Source: Camelus ferus (lineage: Eukaryota). From it: 64,000 nt of DNA. The translations under genes were made by a program, and so were the position numbers. This document shows, one piece after another, positions 56,456-64,000 of the stretch. The stretch's first letter is position 1; each line of letters starts with the position of its first letter. The stretch is from assembly GCF_009834535.1 (NCBI RefSeq), contig NC_045696.1, forward strand, positions 5,086,001 to 5,150,000, in the 5' to 3' direction. Under the pieces are notes generated by a model. The model searched no databases. It was not told the DNA's origin and saw only the letters and a list, made by a program, of their open reading frames with translations.

Positions 56456-59400
56456 AAAGAGGATTGTCTCCACATGGTTTACCAGTCCCACTGTCACTTC
56501 CAGCTGCTGCCGCAGGGCCGCCCGTGACGGCCTCCTGTAAAGAGACCCGTCAGACTGGCCCTGGAAATGAGCCGGAATGAGAATGCTTTTATGACTGGGA
56601 AGCGGAAATTGAGGGCTTAAGGTACTGGGAAAGCACTGGGAAGCAGAAAGCACACACTGCTGAGCTAGACATTTGAGCCGAAGCCCACTGTAAAAGTTTT
56701 GCTTTAACTAAGATGAGAAATGATGGGAGCTGAGCCCTTAGGCTGGATGAGAGCCGTTGTCAGCGGCACCATCATTACTGCAGATTCTGCGCATCGGGGC
56801 GACTTCCAGCTTCTGGCCAACAGCCCTGCTTTCCCTTGGGCTGCAATGTCAGGACTGTGAGTTCCTTCACATACAACACCCTGCACAAGACAGTGTTCTG
56901 AGTTCTCCTCTTTACCTGTCAGAGTATTTAACCAAGCCACTTCTTGGTAACATGCATGTCTGAGCTGTTTGCATGTTTATATCCATGCAGCCTGGAGTAT
57001 GAGACGTCCCGTGTAGCCTTCAAAGTGGCATTTGCGGAGCAAGTCTGGAAGCGCTCTCTTTAAAGGCCCCCTGCGATGGCCCGAAGGCTGGCTGGTGGAT
57101 TTGGGAACCACTAGCCTCTGGTGTAGATGTAAATACCGGATGGGACCCTGGTCCAGGTAGCGCAGCGGAGCACGGGGCTGCTCTCACCCGCCTCGCGCCT
57201 CCCGAGCTCTCCGCTTGATGGGACTCTAACACGTTTTATTGTCAATTGGCTTCCACTTTGCCAACAAATTAAAACAATTGAAGTGCGTCGCACTCCACCT
57301 GCACACTTCAGTAGTCCTTTCGTTTAAATCTTCTGCGGCCCAGTCATTCAGATGAGCTATCGGTCTTACTGAAATATCCTTTCTCGATCATGTTATCCAC
57401 TTACCTTTTAATTTAGCAGATTCACTTGAGTGAATCCGATGCCCTAAGCACTGTGCTGGGTGCTCCATGCACAAGATGAAAAGACAGAGCCTTCTACACT
57501 TGAGGTTTAGTGTAGGAGGCAGACACACAAGCATGGACCAGAAAAAGAGCCAAAATGCCACAAAGGCTAACATGGGCTCCAAACAATCCTCCGTCAGCAC
57601 CACAGAGGAGGTGGTGAACCCCAGCTGGGGAGAGCAGGGGCGGCCACTCAAGAGCTACAGAAAACAGCACTACAAAAACATAATGTTGCCTAACCTATTG
57701 AGAAATTCAGTATCAGGTGAGCTGTGCTGGATTCCATTCACAAGGCTTCATCATTAAAATACTAAAAGGACCTTTTTGTAACCCCTCTTTCACCAAAAAC
57801 AGAATCCCGTAGTCGGGCTTTGGGGACACTGTCATTGAGGTACCAAGGCCGTCTGTTCTGGTAGCATTTATATTGTTTTGTGTTTCTAGTCTACTTATGA
57901 CTTAAGCACGCCAACCTCACTCTTCTTTGCCAAGAGTTGAGGAAAAGATGCTAAAGATGTTGCTGACTCTTCCAGGTGCATTCGAGTTAGGCTGATGGTG
58001 GCTGGGAGTCCTTTCTTTTGGTTCTTAAAGGTCCCTTGTAATTTAGTTATTGCTTTGCAAAGGCTCTGTCCAGAAAACATCCTAGACCTGGCATTTTTGT
58101 TGTTGGCATCTCTTCTGTTAGACACTAGTATTTTGTGACTGGTCTTGGTAAAGAAAGCCCTTCGTCACATCACAGGGAACAGCCTTTCATTCCCCAGAAA
58201 TGGTTTTGTTTTCTTTGTGCTGGAAAAGAGAGCCAACACAAAGGTTTCAGTGGGAAGGAAATCAGTGCTGAGGCAAAGAAGATGTATTCCTGGGAGGTGC
58301 TGAGGAGCAGAGAATTCCAGAGAAGCAGCTCACATGCACAGAGGTATCTGCAGTCTGGCATGCTGTACGGGCTGAAGAAAAGCTTGAATCTGATGAGAGG
58401 GCAGCACGAATGCAAAGGACTGGGTGCCTAATCCCGTCCTCTCCTGATGGCAGGTTTTATTGTGGAGGCACTGAAATATTCAACTCAGCAAACCGTTGTT
58501 GATTCTCTCCCAGGTACCAGGCAGAACATTTCTTAAAACCAACAGTAAAGTTTTCTTATTAACATTTCTATTTGGTCACTAGAGTTTGGCTAGGTCCTGG
58601 AGAGAAAAAAGCTTCCTAAGGCCCTGTCCCAGAGCTATGGAAACGGACGTCCTAGTGGCAGCCAGCAGGGGCTTACAAGGGGCAGGCTCATCTTTTTATA
58701 ACGCTGAAAATTGTGTCGTAAAAGGGCAGAGCACGTGACCAGGGTTATGAAGAGGGAATCTGAGAGGCCAGGCCTTGCCCCCAAAAGATCTTTGTCTTTT
58801 GGGCCTGCAGGGCCCTTGAAATGTGATGTTAATTAGTGACACAAGGTATTTCCCATTTGCTTGTGGAAAGATCCAGCCACAGAGGTTAAGGTGGTAAGTG
58901 CCTACCTATTAGACAGAATTCGCTAGTACGGTCACCCAGTTACTGCCTGACCCACGTAAGGTGCAGATCCTCTCCCTGGGTTAGAATGAGTTCAAGTATA
59001 TTTACACATTCCACGGAAAGAGTTGCTTCCTACGGTATTTTACTGTGCAAAATAAGGACATTTCTAATAATCTGTCAGTGTTGCCTGAGCAACCACGGAT
59101 CAGGATCAAAACTGGAAATAAGAAAATTTGAGTAATACTGCAGGGGTCTCTAATAAACACCGTAAGGTCAGCTTCACATTGTTGACCTTGTTTGATTGCT
59201 AGTCAGTACTCGGTGCTTATAAGCAGCGTTTGTTTCACTGTATAGACGAGCAGCCTAGTTAGATGAATGCACCAGAACGTTCTTTTATGTAAAAAAAAAT
59301 TTTTTTAAGGAAAGAAAGAAAAATGGGACTGAAGCAATTTAGTCAACCTATATTCTTCCTTCCTGAGCGCTTTACTAATTTTAGAGCATAGCGACCTCCT

Positions 59401-60311
59401 AAGGTCTAAATTGTCTTCAAGTGCTACATTTAAAAAAAAAAAAAAAAAACAAAACCTGTAACCTTACCCGGGAGTTCAGAAGCCACATTGTGCTTTTAAT
59501 GATGCCCTGATTTTTCCCCACCTCTAGGTCCCTCAAAGCGCATGGTTGCAGAATGAGTCACTGACTGGGCCCACCATCCCAGCAGCCTCAAGCTTATAAA
59601 AATGTGATTCCCGTGTCAGTAGTCAATTCCAGGATCACAAAAAGCTTCTTCCTTTAGTGTGAGTTTACCCAAGAGGTAAAATTTTATGTTGGCACCAACC
59701 GGTATGGGTAACTGTCAAAGCCAAACCGAAAAGCTGCTCCCAGGGTATCAAATAAGCTAAAGACAAAAATCAGTAGAGGACATGAAATTTGAGCATGTTT
59801 CAGAGGCAAAATGCTCTTCTCCCCTTAGACAGAAACATACGGATTATTTTAAAGAGGCTCTGAAATGGATGCAAGTTATGCCGCTGATCAGTCCCAGAAG
59901 GCCGTTCCCAGAGAGAATCTGGCCTTACGGTCCTACGTGGGCACCGTTTAAGGGGTGGGTCACGAGGGGTCGTCTTCACTTTCCAAGTTCTCATATTCCA
60001 TTTATCTGCTCTGCAAATGCACTAGATCTCTCCTCATCCGTAAGACCAAACGTTAGCTTGAACTTGAATAATCCAAAGGAAGAGGGGTGTGCATCTTGGA
60101 GCCCCAAGGCGCTTGGACTCAAGGTAGACAAATAAAAGTGGCCTTGACACTGATGCTTTGATCTCCTGTGTGTGCAGAGGGTCCCCAGTGTTCCTGAGTG
60201 ACGAGGAGGGAGTGAGCACCCGAGAGCCTCCATGCCGGGCTGATTAATGTCCAAATTGTGGCTTAGGTGGGCTTGGAAGCCTGGACTCTGAAATTTTAGT
60301 TCTCAGCTGTT

Positions 60312-60379
60312 TCCTTCCTTCCTCCCTCCCTTTCTTTCTTCCTTCCTTCCTTCCTTCCTTTTTTTTTTTTTTTTCTTTT
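60312..60379. repeat. (CCTT)n plus poly-T pyrimidine tract
   Basis: Seen directly. Confidence 0.9.
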
Positions 60380-62310
60380 GACCTTAATTTCTTAATAAAA
60401 TTATCCTTTCAGTACTCCAAATGTGTTAGGGCAGAACTAACTGGGGAAAGAGTTTCTGTTTCTGAGACGCGGACGCAGAGAAGCAGTGGGACTTCGGCTG
60501 GGCCAAGCCACGGAGCTAGGACAGCCAGTGGGCCGGCAGGAGGGAGGGAGCTGACGTTGGCCCTGGCGCTCGGCCCCGCCCAGGGGTTCTGTTTTATCCG
60601 TGTTTGTGCACGCAGGTTTCTGAGGTTGCAAGTCCACGTGGTGGTCTCTGGGGCACGTATGGTTTGCTGTGGTTTTGGAGTCAGCTCTCACTTGAGCATG
60701 CTGATGGCCGGAAGTCCTGTGTGTGGTCCCGTAGAAGTGTGAGTGTGTGTTTTTAGCCCTCGTGAAATAGTGACTTTAAGAGACCCTTTCAGTTCCACGG
60801 GAAGGCAGGGAATATTGCGAGGCACCTTGCTAATAAGCGCGTTCAAGAGATGGTAAAGCAGGGTGGAACCTGCTGTCCCCAGATTGATGCTGCGTTTTTG
60901 TGAGTGTGCACCGGTGACTTCCCGCTACAGGTGCGCACCTCCGCAGCTTCCGTTTTACGTACGTAGAACTTGGGAGACGGAAGTGTAGTGGCTATGAGTG
61001 AGAGTCTCTTTTTTAAAGAAATGTGTGGGCTTGTGAAATAGGGGGCAGCTCAGACTCTCAGGACTGGCACAAGCGCAGTGCCTTGTTAGTAAGAACCTCC
61101 GCGCCACGTGCAGACCCCAGAGGAGCGGTGGCCCACCCGCAGAGCACACGGGCCGGACCAGGGGCGCTCCTCGCCCCACTCGGGCGCCTCGTCCCCAGAA
61201 CTGGCCGAGCCACGTTTTAATCGACAGAGAGCTGCCATCTTCCATGCTTTCTCTCTTCTTCCTGTTCCGTAACTCTTTGCCATACGCGATCCTGTTTTAG
61301 TCTCTAAGTAGCTATGTGAATAGGTGCAAATGAACTTAATATTATTATGCTCTACTTTTCTGACAAGAAGACTGAAGGGAACGTATCCAAAAATCACTGC
61401 TCAGTCAGGGAAGAGCCAGCAGAACTGAGAACACTGTTGTCCACCCCTGTTCTCTCTCCATGAAACTTCTTCAGCTTTGGAACATTCAAGAAAGAACTAG
61501 TCTGTCCCATCCACACTAAGCTAGCTTAAAAAGATCTATCAATGGAACATGGAATCAGAAGCTGTATTGACACAGAATCAATAGTTACTTTATAATTTTA
61601 TTCTTGCCCACCAAAAATATTTGGTTTATTTATCTTTTATCTTTATATTAACTACATCTCAGGCTCCCCTATATTAAAATAAAATTAGGATTCCTTCTTG
61701 TTTGCATATCTTCAACCTACTGCCTCTCTTCACTTCTTTTCCCCACTGGATTCTTCAAAGGGTCTTCGATGCTCAGCTGCATTGCCTCTCACCAGCTCCC
61801 ACATCCTCACGGTCTCACTCTCCTCCTCCTACCCCAACGAAAGTGCTCTCCTAAAGGCAGATGACCAATTACTTTCTGATCCCCAAATTCTCCTTTCAGT
61901 TACCGTTTTCTAGCCCTCTTTTGCACAGAGTGTTAGCACGTGTTATTTTTTTGAAACTGCTCCCTTCCACATTTCAGTATCACTAGACTTCCTGGTAGTG
62001 GTTCTCCACCATTTCTCATCCCAAAAGATGCAGGGAAGAACACAAATCCAAGGGTGGAGACGCAGAAGTAGTGGGGGCTTTAGAAAAGGTGTCACAAAGT
62101 CTAAATCTCAGGCTGAGCCGAAATTTATGGGGGAAAATGTGACAGGCAACACAAGAGGCCATTTAGCTGTGCTGGGCAAGAAGAAGGGGGCTTGGGGTGA
62201 TGTTCTCACGTTAGCAGACGGCAGGTGGAGGAAGAGAGACTCCACGTCTGCTTTGCTTTGATGTGCACGGAGAGGTGCTCTTCAAGCCGGAAACGTGGAA
62301 CAAGAAGCAT

Positions 62311-62425
62311 AAAAAAAGAAAGGAAGAGCGAGAGGAAGAGTGGAGGGGGACCTAGAAGCAGGGAAGGAAGGGAGGAAAGAAGGGAAGAAAGAAGGAAAGA
62401 AGGAAGGGAAGGAGGGAGGAAAGAA

Positions 62426-62466
<41 letters not shown>

Positions 62467-62540
62467 GAAAGAAAGAGAAAGAAAGAAAGAGAGGAAGGGA
62501 AGGAAGGAAGGGAAGGAAGGAAGGGGAGGGAAAAAGGAAA
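62311..62540. repeat. Polypurine compound repeat (GAAA/GGAA/GA)n
   Basis: Mostly purine tract including a (GA)n run; seen directly. Confidence 0.9.
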
Positions 62541-64000
62541 ACTTAGGTTGGTTGCTTGAGAAAATAATGAGAACCCCTGATTTTTTTTTTTTTTTGGCAC
62601 CAAAATTTTTATTAACTTCTTGCTCTCGTTAAACATTCTAAACAATATATAAACATTATAAACCAAATTAATCCCTTCCTGACCCAGGGTTGTGATAGGA
62701 ACCCTCAAGGTACAAGGTGAAGTGAAGGCAGATCTAAGCTACTTTCACGGGTCTCCGGCCCCTCCCGACCTCCGGCTGTTGCGTCTCTTGCCCTGTCTTG
62801 GCCATCCCTTAACAGTACATTCCAACCTCTGTAAAATGGGGGCTGAAAGTACCAATCTCATTGTTCTGAGGTTTAAGAGAATGCCAAGCACTAAGCCAGG
62901 CCCTCAGGAGCATTCCAACTCCAACAGTTCCTCCACACCCTTGACATGGCTCCTCAGCTGTCACGGGCTGAGGAACCAATGAACCTGCAAACCAGGAACA
63001 TGGGTAAGAAGTCCGTAGGCCAAGTGAGGGCCTGGATGGGACAGTGCGTGAGAGCCCCTGATGATTTAAATTGACTTATTCTTTCAAAACCTACTATATC
63101 CTGGGCATTATCAGGGGAGGAGAGAGGATGTTGCATAAAGTAGTATTTGTAATCCTTTGCTATGAGGGGAGGCAAACCATATTTACAGCAAACTATTACA
63201 AAGGCTCTGAATGATACGTAGAAACTCTGGGCACCAGGCTACGCCATGATAATCCACCGAAGGGGAAGATTTTTTTTCTGACTGGAATGATTGGGGAAGG
63301 GGTCACATGGCTCCCATCCCTAGACCCAAAAAGATAACGTTTTAAGATTCTGAACAAAATGTTCCCAGACATAATCCCAAAGACCTTTGTAGATTATCTT
63401 TGAACAATCACATCAGACCTGTTAAGAGAACAGTTGTACTCCATACCACTTTTGAAAACAATAAATTCTAGAACTTACGGATTGAAATAAATTAGTTTAG
63501 GTTATAGAAAGGATAGTTTGTGAGCAGTCAGAGAAGTAAAGGGGCACACCAGAAGCTGGGCCGGCACCCAGTTTGACAGGGCTGGCTGAGGACAGTACCT
63601 GGCCGCAGTGCCAGGCTGAAACACGGGCGGGCTAAACCTATTTTTGAAATGGCGCCAATCCACGTGGGAAGGCTAACGTGTTAGAGGATGAAGCCCAGAC
63701 CCAAGGAGATAAAATTCAATATGGATAATCGTGAAGTCTTCTGTGTAAGTTGCGAAAATTCATTTACAAAACATACAGTGAGCATTGTGTTCTCACTGGT
63801 GCGGGGGAAAGAGACCATCAAAAAATTTCTGGTTTCTGCACTTGGCCTCGTTTAATAAAGGACAATAAGAAATCACAGGTCTTTCACAGAAGAGAGTCCC
63901 AAGTTGAGAGTTACCTGGAAATCATGCATCTGAGGAATGGTTGAGAAAATTAAAGAATTCAACCTGGAAAAGAGAATGCTGAAGCCAAACAGTGGACATG

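Noticed and set aside
57594..57610. REST/RE1-like half site TCAGCACCA (also ~34292)
   Set aside because: The right half GGACAG is missing at the proper spacing.
62225..62708. Lys/Glu/Arg-rich and Phe/Leu/Ser-rich ORFs
   Set aside because: Products of the polypurine repeat.
56070..64000. The next short DSCAM exon (DAKSLAEML...) and, in 1-9027, the preceding exon
   Set aside because: Not found by eye; they probably lie outside the window, although a very short exon could have been missed.

Overview
Mammalian genomic DNA lying entirely inside the DSCAM gene (+ strand). Eleven GT-AG exons (9028-56069; 1870 nt, phases all compatible) splice into one open frame. It encodes the C-terminal part of FN3 repeat 2, FN3 repeats 3-4, Ig domain 10, FN3 repeats 5-6, the transmembrane helix and the basic juxtamembrane segment. 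These correspond to roughly exons 17-27; numbering and domain boundaries are recalled from human DSCAM and not verified here. Neither the start nor the stop codon is in the window. The introns hold ordinary eutherian repeats (MER58, MIR, L2, MaLR/ERV LTRs, L1 fragments, microsatellites) and three tRNA-derived SINEs whose type suggests a camelid genome (inference). Nearly all ORFs in the six-frame track are spurious or are exon read-throughs. I found no demonstrably new biological system. The best leads are hypotheses: an inverted SINE pair tightly bracketing a frame-symmetric 657-nt three-exon block that includes the TM exon (candidate circRNA or skipping unit), a near-perfect intronic CTCF site, a G-tract plus tandem-acceptor arrangement at one exon, and apparent substitutions in the TM helix. 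Repeat family names come from recalled consensus similarity and their boundaries are approximate.
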